Source: Acholeplasmataceae bacterium (GTDB lineage: Bacteria; Bacillota_I; Bacilli_A; Acholeplasmatales; Acholeplasmataceae). Taken from it: a stretch of DNA of 64,000 nt. The notes under the pieces are model-generated. The model made no database searches and was not told where the DNA came from. It was given only the letters and a program-made list of their open reading frames with translations. The DNA is taken from the NCBI GenBank assembly GCA_963675245.1, contig OY775910.1, positions 384,001 to 448,000 on the forward strand. Reading direction: 5' to 3'. Below are positions 10,401 through 19,557 of this stretch, piece by piece. The number at the start of each line of letters is the position of its first letter. Position 1 is the first letter of the stretch. The position numbers and the translations under genes were made by a program.

Positions 10401-11416
10401 TGAATATCCTTACCTGTCACTTTCGCGATATTGTGTAATTGTTTAACCATATGATCATACTTTTGAGGTTTAAGCGATTGTGCACCATCAGAGAATGCAT
10501 GTTCTGGATCATGATGAACTTCAACGATTAAGCCATGTGCACCGACCGCTAAACTTGCTAACGATAACTCTTCAATCATTTCCCAGCGACCTGCAGCATG
10601 AGATGGATCAATAATGACTGGTAAATGAGATAATTGTTTAACCGCTAAAACAGCACTGATATCCAATGTGTTTCTAGTGTATTTTTCAAATGTACGAATA
10701 CCTCTTTCACAAAGAATGACATTGTCATTGCCTGAAGCCATGATATATTCAGCTGACATAAGCCATTCTTCAATGGTGGATGCGAGACCACGCTTTAATA
10801 AAATGGGTTTGTCTGTCTTCCCGAGTGTTTTTAATAATTCGAAGTTTTGCATGTTTCTCGCACCAATTTGAATGATATCTACGTATGCATTAAATTCATC
10901 TAATAAATTAGGATCCATTATTTCACTAACGACAAGCATACCAAATTCATCTGCAACTTTACGTAATAATTTTAACCCTTCCACACCCATTCCTTGGAAT
11001 GAATATGGTGACGTTCTTGGTTTATATGCACCACCACGTAAGATTCTTGTGCCTGTTTTAAAAACTTCTTTCGCGATTGTTCTGAGTTGATCTTCTGATT
11101 CCACAGAACATGGACCTGCCATTAATGTAAAATGATCTCCACCCACTTTAATACCCATTGGTAATTCAAGAATCGTATCTTCTGGATGAAAAGATCTGCT
11201 CGCTTTTTTAAATGGTGTGGATACACGGGTGACATCACCAACACCTTCAAACGCATAAAGATCAAATGGTTCGATTTGTGTCGTATCACCGATGATACCA
11301 AAAATCGTGACCTGATCACTGCTTACATCTTTTATTTCTAATCCTTTTTCTTGCAAAAATTCAACAAGTTTTAAGTATTGATTTCTAGTTGATTCTTTTT
11401 TCATTTTAATAATCAT
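10397..11416 (-). CDS. aroF: DAHP synthase, class I-beta with N-terminal regulatory domain
   Basis: AGPCSVES, RGGAYKPRTSPYSFQG, QIGARNMQNF, ILCERGIR, DPSH. Confidence 0.95.
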   Translation of the reverse strand: MIIKMKKESTRNQYLKLVEFLQEKGLEIKDVSSDQVTIFGIIGDTTQIEPFDLYAFEGVGDVTRVSTPFKKASRSFHPEDTILELPMGIKVGGDHFTLMAGPCSVESEDQLRTIAKEVFKTGTRILRGGAYKPRTSPYSFQGMGVEGLKLLRKVADEFGMLVVSEIMDPNLLDEFNAYVDIIQIGARNMQNFELLKTLGKTDKPILLKRGLASTIEEWLMSAEYIMASGNDNVILCERGIRTFEKYTRNTLDISAVLAVKQLSHLPVIIDPSHAAGRWEMIEELSLASLAVGAHGLIVEVHHDPEHAFSDGAQSLKPQKYDHMVKQLHNIAKVTGKDIQ

Positions 11417-11444
11417 ATTGTTGCGCTCCTTGGCTTCTTAAATA

Positions 11445-11473
11445 TAAAAATCCCCGAGGACAACCTCAAGGAT
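11445..11473 (-). terminator. Intrinsic terminator (attenuator) in aro operon leader
   Basis: AUCCUUGAGG-UUGU-CCUCGGGGAU 10-bp stem followed by U run, just upstream of the aroF SD. Confidence 0.8.
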
Positions 11474-11538
11474 ATTTGTTCATCGCTTTGGCTGTTCCCT
11501 TCATTTCATTACGAAAAGGAATGCCTCACATTCCTTAT

Positions 11539-11586
11539 TTATCTATAGTAATAATATGCGTAAGAAACAGTCTTATAATTTAACAT
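11539..11586 (-). CDS. Tyr-rich leader peptide MLNYKTVSYAYYYYR
   Basis: GAAAGGTGA SD, ATG at 11586, 6 of 15 codons Tyr including 4 in tandem, TAA at 11541-11539, upstream of aroF-tyrA. Confidence 0.85.
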   Translation of the reverse strand: MLNYKTVSYAYYYYR

Positions 11587-11668
11587 GGAAAAATCACCTT
11601 TCCTGTTTGATATAATCGTATCACAATCCCAATAAAAACACAATACAAAAAAAGTTGCAATTAGGTAT

Positions 11669-11714
11669 TGTGTTTTACACAGTAATGTGATAATCTAGTA
11701 GTGTGCAATGCACA
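11669..11714. promoter_or_regulatory. Two palindromic operator candidates upstream of padR
   Basis: TGTGT-TTT-ACACA (11669-11681) and TGTGC-AAT-GCACA (11702-11714). Confidence 0.55.
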
Positions 11715-11729
11715 ATAAGGAGGCTTTAT

Positions 11730-12047
11730 ATGAATACACAGTTTAAAAAAGGGATTGTAGAAATGTGTGTATTGAGTCTCATGGAACATAAGGATTTATA
11801 TGGATTTGAAGTAATTGAAGCGCTAGCTACAGCGATTGAAGTCAATGAAAACACCGTATATCCGATTCTAAGAAGGCTTACTGCACAAGGATTATTTTCA
11901 ACTTATGTTGAACAAACATCACTAGGTGCACCTAGAAAATATTATCATTTAACTGATCTCGGTCAAGAACGTTTAGGAGAGTACAGATATGAATGGCAAT
12001 CATTTCTAAAAGGTGTAAACAGAATATTGGGAGGTAATGAAGTATGA
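11730..12047 (+). CDS. PadR-family transcriptional regulator
   Basis: MNTQFKKG..., YGFEVI, TVYPILRRL, PRKYYHLT; AAGGAGG SD before ATG 11730. Confidence 0.93.
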   Translation: MNTQFKKGIVEMCVLSLMEHKDLYGFEVIEALATAIEVNENTVYPILRRLTAQGLFSTYVEQTSLGAPRKYYHLTDLGQERLGEYRYEWQSFLKGVNRILGGNEV

Positions 12048-13183
12048 AACAAGATTTTCTTGATCAATTAGAATCAAGCTTAAAAAAACGTCAAGTCGTT
12101 GATTCTGATATTGAAGATGTATTAAATGATTATAATGGCATGTATGATGATGCAATTGATCGTGGTTTATCTGATGAAGAAACACTGAATTTATTGGGTA
12201 ATCCTGATGATGTTGTCAAAGAATTATTAGATACACTCCGCGTTAGAGATTTTAGAGAAGTTAGAAGAAAGAATAATAAACTTGTCGCGTTAGCACCTTT
12301 TCTATCTATAATCGCGTTTATGTTATTAGGTTTTATTGGTGGTATGTGGCATCCTGGTTGGTTAGTATTCTTATTTATTCCAATCGCGGGAGTATTAGGT
12401 AACGTCAATAAAAAAGAAAAGTTTGTTGCTATTTCCCCATTTATATCACTGATTGTCTTTATCTTTTTAGGGGTAGCTTATCAAGCGTGGCATCCAGGTT
12501 GGTTGATGTTTATGCTAGTGCCTATAGCTGGCGTGTTATTTGGTGCTAAGAAAAAAGATCGTTTGTTAGGTGTATTACCATTTCTTGCACTAATTGCTTG
12601 TATATTATTTGGAACATATATGGTTAATGCGTGGGCATGGTCTTGGTTGTTCTTTATGTTAATTCCATTTTTCGGTGCTCTTTATCGTGGCACAGCCTTA
12701 GATCGTTTTTTACTCGCACCATCCATTTTGATCGCAGTTGGATTTTATTTATTCATGTATTTACAATATGATATGCTAACATATGGATTAATCGGATTTG
12801 CATTACCACTAATCATTGCGGTAATCTTAGGTAGAGTAAATATCGTCGTTAAGTTTAATAAATCATTTAAGAATGTTGCAAACTTAATGATATTAATAGT
12901 TTGTCTTGCTGCTTTTCTCATCGTTGGATTTACCGTTCCAAATGCTTGGGGTTGGGCATGGATGATCTTATTACTCATTCCGATTACGTCTGTTCTTATT
13001 CAAAAGCGTCGCGTGAGACTAACCGCTATTATGCCATTTGTTTCAGTCATCATTTTCTTTTCACTCGGCTATTTCTTAGATCTTTGGTATATTTCATGGT
13101 TAGCATTCTTACTCATTCCAATGATGGGTATTTTAGAAAATGACCCTCCTGTTAAAATCAAACACAAAAAAAATAAAGATTAA
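12044..13183 (+). CDS. DUF1700/HAAS-like N-terminus plus repeated WHPGW-type multi-TM membrane protein
   Basis: FLDQLESSL...LGNPDDVVKE N-terminus; repeats WHPGWLVFLFIP, WHPGWLMFMLVP, WAWSW, WGWAW; typical PadR partner. Confidence 0.75.
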   Translation: MKQDFLDQLESSLKKRQVVDSDIEDVLNDYNGMYDDAIDRGLSDEETLNLLGNPDDVVKELLDTLRVRDFREVRRKNNKLVALAPFLSIIAFMLLGFIGGMWHPGWLVFLFIPIAGVLGNVNKKEKFVAISPFISLIVFIFLGVAYQAWHPGWLMFMLVPIAGVLFGAKKKDRLLGVLPFLALIACILFGTYMVNAWAWSWLFFMLIPFFGALYRGTALDRFLLAPSILIAVGFYLFMYLQYDMLTYGLIGFALPLIIAVILGRVNIVVKFNKSFKNVANLMILIVCLAAFLIVGFTVPNAWGWAWMILLLIPITSVLIQKRRVRLTAIMPFVSVIIFFSLGYFLDLWYISWLAFLLIPMMGILENDPPVKIKHKKNKD

Positions 13184-13188
13184 GTAAA

Positions 13189-13218
13189 AAAAACAGCGAC
13201 ATCTAAGTCGCTGTTTTT
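13189..13218. terminator. Bidirectional intrinsic terminator
   Basis: AAAAACAGCGAC-ATCTAA-GTCGCTGTTTTT between convergent genes. Confidence 0.85.
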
Positions 13219-13224
13219 ATGATA

Positions 13225-14070
13225 TTAAATTTCTATGTAACCTAAACCTAATGCTTTAGGTCCTGTATGTGCACCAACTACTGGTGTTAAATACGTGACG
13301 ATGACCTCACGATTAGGGAATACTTTTTGAACTTCTTCTTTAAACCACTTCGCATAACCATCCGCGTGCGCATGTGATATAAAGGTAATGACGTTTTTAT
13401 CTTTTGTTTCTTCAATATATTTTTCTAAGACGCGATGATGTGCTTTTTTGGTTGTTCTAATCTTTTCAACAGTGTCTACTTTACCTTCAGCATCAATGGT
13501 TAACATTGGTTTTAATTGAAGCATCGTGCCAAGTGTACCTTGAAGTTTTGATAGGCGACCATTCTTCACTAAGTAAAGAAGTGTGTCCACAGCAAAATAC
13601 ATGTGGTGATGATCTCTAATATGTTCTAACGTTGGTAAGATTTCTTTAACAGATTTACCTTCGGCTGCTAAACGATGTGCTTCTAAAGCCATAAATGTTT
13701 CTGGATAGGCAAGTGTCTTAGAATCAAATGATGTTACTTTAATATTAACTTCTTTAGCCGCTTGTTTAACAGCTTCATTAAGACCAGAAAGTTTCGCTGA
13801 TATTGTAATAACTAGCGCTTCTTCATACCCTTCTTTTTCTAACTTTTCAAAATACTCAATCATTTTTCCAATTGACACATAACTTGTCTTTGGAATATCA
13901 TCAGGATCTTCTGAAATTCTCTTGTAGAATGTTTTTGCATCCATACCAACATAATCATCATATTCTTCATCTCCAAAATGAATGACAGATCTTAAGATGA
14001 TAATATCTTTTGGATAATCGAGATAATCTAATCCCGCATTACTGCAAACAAGTATAGCAACCTTTGGCAT
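13225..14070 (-). CDS. DegV-family fatty acid-binding protein
   Basis: PKTS, ISAKLSG, YLVKNGRL, LKPML, PVVGAHTGP. Confidence 0.93.
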   Translation of the reverse strand: MPKVAILVCSNAGLDYLDYPKDIIILRSVIHFGDEEYDDYVGMDAKTFYKRISEDPDDIPKTSYVSIGKMIEYFEKLEKEGYEEALVITISAKLSGLNEAVKQAAKEVNIKVTSFDSKTLAYPETFMALEAHRLAAEGKSVKEILPTLEHIRDHHHMYFAVDTLLYLVKNGRLSKLQGTLGTMLQLKPMLTIDAEGKVDTVEKIRTTKKAHHRVLEKYIEETKDKNVITFISHAHADGYAKWFKEEVQKVFPNREVIVTYLTPVVGAHTGPKALGLGYIEI

Positions 14071-14080
14071 GTGAAGCCTC

Positions 14081-14506
14081 CTATTTATTTTTATTAAGCT
14101 TTTTTAGCTCTTCTTTAATCTCTGTTAGTAGTTTAATATCTTCAGGAACAACAACTTCCTTTGGTGCTTCTGGTTCTTCTATTTTTTTAATTTTTTCTTT
14201 AAATTGTTTTCTACGAATAACCAGTGTTATAACAACATAAATTGAGAAGGCAATAATTAAAAAATTAACAATGGTTTGAATGAATGCACCGTATCTGATT
14301 TCTGATCCATTTAAGACCCAAATCAAATTGGTGAAATCTGATTCACCAGCGATACTTGCGAAAAGTGGCATAATGATATCATTAACAAGTGAGGTTACGA
14401 TTTCTTTAAATGAGAGACCAAGAATAAAAGCAATCGCTAAATCAATGATGTTTCCTTTCGCAATAAACGCTTTAAACCCTTCAAAAAAGACTTTTACGCG
14501 TTTCAT
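14081..14506 (-). CDS. mscL: Large-conductance mechanosensitive channel
   Basis: FKAFIAKGNIIDLAIA, IVTSLVNDIIMP, YGAFIQTIVNFLIIA, LLTEIK; start re-set to ATG 14506. Confidence 0.95.
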   Translation of the reverse strand: MKRVKVFFEGFKAFIAKGNIIDLAIAFILGLSFKEIVTSLVNDIIMPLFASIAGESDFTNLIWVLNGSEIRYGAFIQTIVNFLIIAFSIYVVITLVIRRKQFKEKIKKIEEPEAPKEVVVPEDIKLLTEIKEELKKLNKNK

Positions 14507-14588
14507 AATTTTTTCTCCTATTATCGTTTTTTCAATACAATAATATGATATCACAAAATGAAAAGGAAAGAAAAAGGGGGTACCCCCA

Positions 14589-15221
14589 TTAAATTAATTT
14601 TTTTAACGCTCTAAAATCATCAATCGTGACAAAATCAGTTAATCTTGAAGGATGTTGATGTCCTTTTGTATAGCAAATAAAATCAACACCTAAACTTTTC
14701 GCAACATCTCCATCGTGAATTGTATCTCCAATCATGACGGCGTCTTTAGGGTTAATATTCATCTTTTTCATATAGTCATTTCCCACGCCAATTTTACCGT
14801 TTGCATGAACGTTATCTGTGCCTAAAACTTCATCAAATAAATCCTCGATTTGATAGTGTTTTAATTGCGACATTAAATTATTTTTTTCAGATGCTGAAAG
14901 GACAACATTTCTATATCCTTGTGATTTGAAATATGTAATTGTTTCTACCACATAATCATGCAATTTTGCATGTAATGCACGTGTCATATAAAGAGATATA
15001 AATCGCTTTGCCAGTTCATCAAAAGGTGTTTTTTCTAAATCATAAACCTTTGCGTAATAATCACTGACTGGAAACGTGAAAATATGTAAATACTCTTCGA
15101 ATGTTACCGTTGGTCTACCAACTTCTTCTAGCATATCCACTAAGATTTCATAGACTAAATACGCATCGTCTAAAATGGTACCATTAAAGTCCCAAAAAAT
15201 TGTTTTTTTCATGGTCTTCAC
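14589..15221 (-). CDS. HAD-family hydrolase
   Basis: WDFNGTILD motif I, MIGDTIHD motif IV. Confidence 0.88.
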   Translation of the reverse strand: MKTMKKTIFWDFNGTILDDAYLVYEILVDMLEEVGRPTVTFEEYLHIFTFPVSDYYAKVYDLEKTPFDELAKRFISLYMTRALHAKLHDYVVETITYFKSQGYRNVVLSASEKNNLMSQLKHYQIEDLFDEVLGTDNVHANGKIGVGNDYMKKMNINPKDAVMIGDTIHDGDVAKSLGVDFICYTKGHQHPSRLTDFVTIDDFRALKKLI

Positions 15222-15665
15222 CTACTTGTGATAAGGATGGTTTTTGAGTATCATAAACCCTCTATAAATTTGTTCGATTAACATTAATCGCATAAGTTGA
15301 TGAGGAAATGTCATGTCTGAAAATGAAATGCGTTTATTAGCACGTTCATCTACTTTACGATCAAGTCCATATGATCCGCCAATGATAAACACTAAATCTC
15401 CTTGTGCGTATGTCTGTGCGTGTTCAATCAATTCAGCAAACCCTTCACTTGTTAATTTTTGGCCTTTAATAGCCAGAGCCACCACATAATCTGAAGCTTT
15501 TATTTTAGCAAGGATACGTTCGCCTTCAATCGTCATTCCTTGAGCGGTTGATTCGTCTTTGATTTCTATAAAAGTGATTGTGGTAGGTAATTGTTTTTGA
15601 TAATAGGTAATGCCTGTTTTCAAATATGTTTGATTGAGTTTTCCAACAGCGATAATTTTAATCAT
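15222..15665 (-). CDS. rlmH: 23S rRNA m3-pseudouridine-1915 methyltransferase
   Basis: IIAVGKL, FIIGGSYG, TFPHQLMRLMLIEQIYR, HPYHK. Confidence 0.96.
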   Translation of the reverse strand: MIKIIAVGKLNQTYLKTGITYYQKQLPTTITFIEIKDESTAQGMTIEGERILAKIKASDYVVALAIKGQKLTSEGFAELIEHAQTYAQGDLVFIIGGSYGLDRKVDERANKRISFSDMTFPHQLMRLMLIEQIYRGFMILKNHPYHK

Positions 15666-16438
15666 AATGAGATCACCGGTAAACCATCTTTTGATGCATA
15701 GAAAATCTCTACTTTCGTAGGATCATCAAATGCATTCACAATGGCTTCTTCAATCGCTAAAACCGAGTTGCAATCTTCAGAAATATGAGATACAACCCAA
15801 GTTGATTTTTTAGTTTTAATAAATGTGTTCATCAGCCATGCAGCATCTTCGTTTGATAAATGACCACGTTCAGATAAAATACGTTTTTTAAGCAGAAATG
15901 GACGTGGTGAATTCATCAACATCGCTGGATGATGATTCGCCTCTAAAATATATAAATCAGCATCTGTTAGTAATGGGTAATATGATTGATCAACATAACC
16001 TGTATCATTTAATACGACAATTTTCTTTTCTCTTTCAATGACGTAAGCGACTGGTTCATTTGCATCGTGAGACACCATAAACGGCATCACTTGAATGTCT
16101 TCAATGAGAAATGGTTGATCAGCTTTAACAATTTCATAATGTTTAATTAATTGCTTTACATCATCTTTAAGACCATCATATGTACCTTGAGTGACATAAA
16201 TTTGTTTAATTGGGTGGTGTTTGAGTAACATTTTGAGTCCCATTGTGTGATCTTGGTGTTCATGTGTGATTAAAAGTGCATCAATATCATCGAGGGATTC
16301 GTGATATGATGCCATTTTTGTATTCATTCGCTTATAACTAATCCCACAATCTACCATGAGTTTAATATGTCCTACTTTTAAGTAGGTCATATTGCCTTTA
16401 GATCCACTTGCCAAAATGTAGACTTTCAATGCAATCAC
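15662..16438 (-). CDS. MBL-fold metallo-hydrolase (YycJ/WalJ-like)
   Basis: LASGSKGN, THEHQDH, SHDA, DTG, EANH, GHLSN; adjacent to rlmH as in Firmicutes. Confidence 0.9.
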   Translation of the reverse strand: MIALKVYILASGSKGNMTYLKVGHIKLMVDCGISYKRMNTKMASYHESLDDIDALLITHEHQDHTMGLKMLLKHHPIKQIYVTQGTYDGLKDDVKQLIKHYEIVKADQPFLIEDIQVMPFMVSHDANEPVAYVIEREKKIVVLNDTGYVDQSYYPLLTDADLYILEANHHPAMLMNSPRPFLLKKRILSERGHLSNEDAAWLMNTFIKTKKSTWVVSHISEDCNSVLAIEEAIVNAFDDPTKVEIFYASKDGLPVISL

Positions 16439-16551
16439 CTCTATTTATATTATCATAAAAATGTGTGATATTAACAAATCAACTGAAAGAGGTTGCATTA
16501 CATTCTTAAACATGCTATATTATAAATGCTTGTATGAAATACAAATAAGGA

Positions 16552-19536
16552 GTGAACACAATGAATTTTAACAAGACAATAAGGAGATTTGCGGTTCTTT
16601 TTTTAAGTCTCGCGAGTATTCTTACATTGGCAGCCTGTGCACAAACCGATACTTTCCCAATTGGAGATCTCGGAGATACCGTCTACGCATCAGTCGGTGA
16701 TTACAGTGTAACAGAAGCCGAATTATACACCCAATTACGTTTACAAGGCTCATCAGCACTCGTAGACATTATTGACAAAATCTTATTTGAATCAGAAATT
16801 ACTGAAGCAAAAAACTTACTCGCTTCTGGTGATGCAGATACAGTTGAATTTCTAACCAATGAAGTGAATGCTGCCATCTATGGAACTGCTTCTACCATTG
16901 GTTATACAGTGGCTGATACAGAAGAACTTGAAGACCTTCAAGATTTCCAAAGTGACCGTTATGAACTATACGTTCGTGCTCTTGAAATCTTCGCTGACTC
17001 TTTATACTTAACTGATAATGCAGTTGATGTTGATGCACTCATTGATGACTTACTCGCATTAGGAGATACGTTTACTGGTTATGAAGATATTCCAGTATTA
17101 GTTGATGTTTATGCGGTTAGAGTTGCTGAATGGTTATATGCTAAAGATTTATTAGCTGATGAAGTTAACGATGAAGAAAGTAGTCAATACATTGAAGAAG
17201 CTGATGTTGTTAGTTACTATAAATCACAAGAAGAGGACAAATATGATGTTAATGCACTCGTTGTTCGTTTCTTGAATTTAAATGAAGCTAACGCTGCTTT
17301 ATTCGAAGTTGGTATTAAAGCTGATTCGAAAGGTAATTGGTATCAAATCCCTGATATTAGAGTCATTGATTTAACTGATCCTGACAACGGCTATATCGTT
17401 GATATTCTTGATGAACTTGAAATTGATTATTCTAATCAAGCAAACATTTCAATTGATGATTATGAAGCTTACTACAGAGCATATGTCATTAACACAGCAC
17501 GTCAAGATGGCACAACAGATATCAACTACTTACTTACTACTGCTGACGTAAAAGTTAAGTTCGTAGAATTATACAACTTATTAAATCCAACCGCTACTGT
17601 ACAAATTGATGCTGAAGGTAATGTTGTTGGTGATAGTGATACAGAATACACATCATTATTCACATATGATGAACTTACAAAATTAGATACAACATTAAGA
17701 AGTCACATTTATAATACGTTGACTGCTGAAGCGTTGATGGAAGACCCAGAAGATACATCTTCAGATACACCTTATTCATCACGTGTACAAACTGGTAGTA
17801 CATATCGTTTCTTAGTCTTTAAGTTAGATGATGACTCTGCTTCTCAAGAAAACATCTTAGTTGAAGATCCTGAAGATGCAGATGTTGAAATCTTTGGTGA
17901 TTCACAAGCAGCTCAAGATAAATATGATGAAATGCTTGCAGAACTCATTGATTCAAAATTAACGGACACATATATTTCAAACAAAATTTCTGATGTCTAT
18001 GATGAAACTACACTTGATATCTATGATCCAGTAATTCGTATTATTTACTCACAAGGTTATGACTACTCCGGTACAGATAAAACACAATCAGGTGATGTCG
18101 TAGCTAAAGTGAATGATACAGAGATCACAGTGCAGCAATTATATGATCGTTTAGAAAAAGCATACGGTATTAACTTAGCATACGATATCCTCGTGAATGA
18201 ATATTTAGATGCATCTGAATTATATACAGTTGATAGTGATAAACTTTCAGATTATCAAGATCAATTTGAAACAATCATTACATCATTCACATCTGATAGT
18301 TATGCACCTACATATCCTGCTTCTATGGGTAGACAAGCATTCTTATTAATTGCATTCGGCGCACAAACAAACGCAGAAGCTATCAACCAATTATATGTTT
18401 ATCCAGACTTAAGACAACAATACATTGATGATATTGAAAATCATTTTGATAACACTAATTCATCAATTTATGAAAAATTTGCAGACCTTGCTGGTCAACA
18501 ATATGATTACGATAAAGGTATTAGAGTAAGTCATTTACTTGTTTATGTTGACCAAGATGCAAACGGTACACCAGATGACCCTCAAGAATATTTAGATGGT
18601 TTATCAGCTGCTGCTAGAGCAGATGTTGAAGCTGGTGTTATCGATCTCGTTGATTATGTTTATGATCAAGTTGGTGATTACACAAGCATCTCTTCAGCAC
18701 TTTCAACACTAGCTGCTAGTTACGATTCTGCTATCCGTCTTGAAAGAGGTCGTTACCAAACAACACCTTATGAAGTCATCGATGAAGACCAATGGGTCCA
18801 ATTCCGTCTCTTGGGATTAAACCTCAAATTCGAATCACTCTCGATGGAAATCACTAACGCATCAAATTTATTGAGTAGTTCTTCTATTCTCGATCCAGCT
18901 TTCTATGAAAGAGCAATGACATTATATGACGATCTATATGAGTTAAGAGATGAAGATGGTGTTCTTCCATACTTAGACTTATATGAAGATTTCACATTTG
19001 ATGACAGTCTTTCATTCGCTGATATCACTGATTCAGAAAATGGTGTTGCAAATATTCAATCAACATTCGGTTGGCACTTCATCCTTGTTACATCTATTTC
19101 AGATAAATCAAGTGCAATGTTAGAAGCTGCTGATGATACTGATGGCGATTATGTAGCAACACTTGAAGATGATTCTACAATCAACTTATACAACGAAACA
19201 AGTGATGCATTAACAGCAAATCAAATTGAGTACTACTTAAAGAGCCAAGATGCTGATGAAGCATTCAACTTCGATAGTGATGTTCAAACGGCTTTAAATA
19301 CATACTTCTCACCAGTCTTATCAATCTATCAAGGCACTTACATGCAACGTGAATTAATCTTTAGATTATTAGATGATATGACATTCGGTAATAGTGCTAA
19401 TTCAGATAGAGTTGCGATGATTAGAGCAATCAACCGTCGTCAATTAGCAACATATCAACTTTCTGTAAATGGTGGCGTATATGATGAAAACTACGCTAAC
19501 CTATATGGTAACCTGTTCACAATCCTTGAAGGTTAA
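16552..19536 (+). CDS. Very large acidic lipoprotein, PrsA/SurA-like foldase
   Basis: Lipobox LTLAAC; two PrsA-like N-terminal motifs; parvulin-like VSHLLVY and IQSTFGWHFILV. Confidence 0.65.
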   Translation: MNTMNFNKTIRRFAVLFLSLASILTLAACAQTDTFPIGDLGDTVYASVGDYSVTEAELYTQLRLQGSSALVDIIDKILFESEITEAKNLLASGDADTVEFLTNEVNAAIYGTASTIGYTVADTEELEDLQDFQSDRYELYVRALEIFADSLYLTDNAVDVDALIDDLLALGDTFTGYEDIPVLVDVYAVRVAEWLYAKDLLADEVNDEESSQYIEEADVVSYYKSQEEDKYDVNALVVRFLNLNEANAALFEVGIKADSKGNWYQIPDIRVIDLTDPDNGYIVDILDELEIDYSNQANISIDDYEAYYRAYVINTARQDGTTDINYLLTTADVKVKFVELYNLLNPTATVQIDAEGNVVGDSDTEYTSLFTYDELTKLDTTLRSHIYNTLTAEALMEDPEDTSSDTPYSSRVQTGSTYRFLVFKLDDDSASQENILVEDPEDADVEIFGDSQAAQDKYDEMLAELIDSKLTDTYISNKISDVYDETTLDIYDPVIRIIYSQGYDYSGTDKTQSGDVVAKVNDTEITVQQLYDRLEKAYGINLAYDILVNEYLDASELYTVDSDKLSDYQDQFETIITSFTSDSYAPTYPASMGRQAFLLIAFGAQTNAEAINQLYVYPDLRQQYIDDIENHFDNTNSSIYEKFADLAGQQYDYDKGIRVSHLLVYVDQDANGTPDDPQEYLDGLSAAARADVEAGVIDLVDYVYDQVGDYTSISSALSTLAASYDSAIRLERGRYQTTPYEVIDEDQWVQFRLLGLNLKFESLSMEITNASNLLSSSSILDPAFYERAMTLYDDLYELRDEDGVLPYLDLYEDFTFDDSLSFADITDSENGVANIQSTFGWHFILVTSISDKSSAMLEAADDTDGDYVATLEDDSTINLYNETSDALTANQIEYYLKSQDADEAFNFDSDVQTALNTYFSPVLSIYQGTYMQRELIFRLLDDMTFGNSANSDRVAMIRAINRRQLATYQLSVNGGVYDENYANLYGNLFTILEG

Positions 19537-19557
19537 TCAAAACCACATATAAATAAA

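Noticed and set aside
11417..11640. T-box riboswitch upstream of aroF
   Set aside because: No AGGUGGNACCGCG-like T-box motif on the minus strand; a Tyr-rich uORF is present instead.
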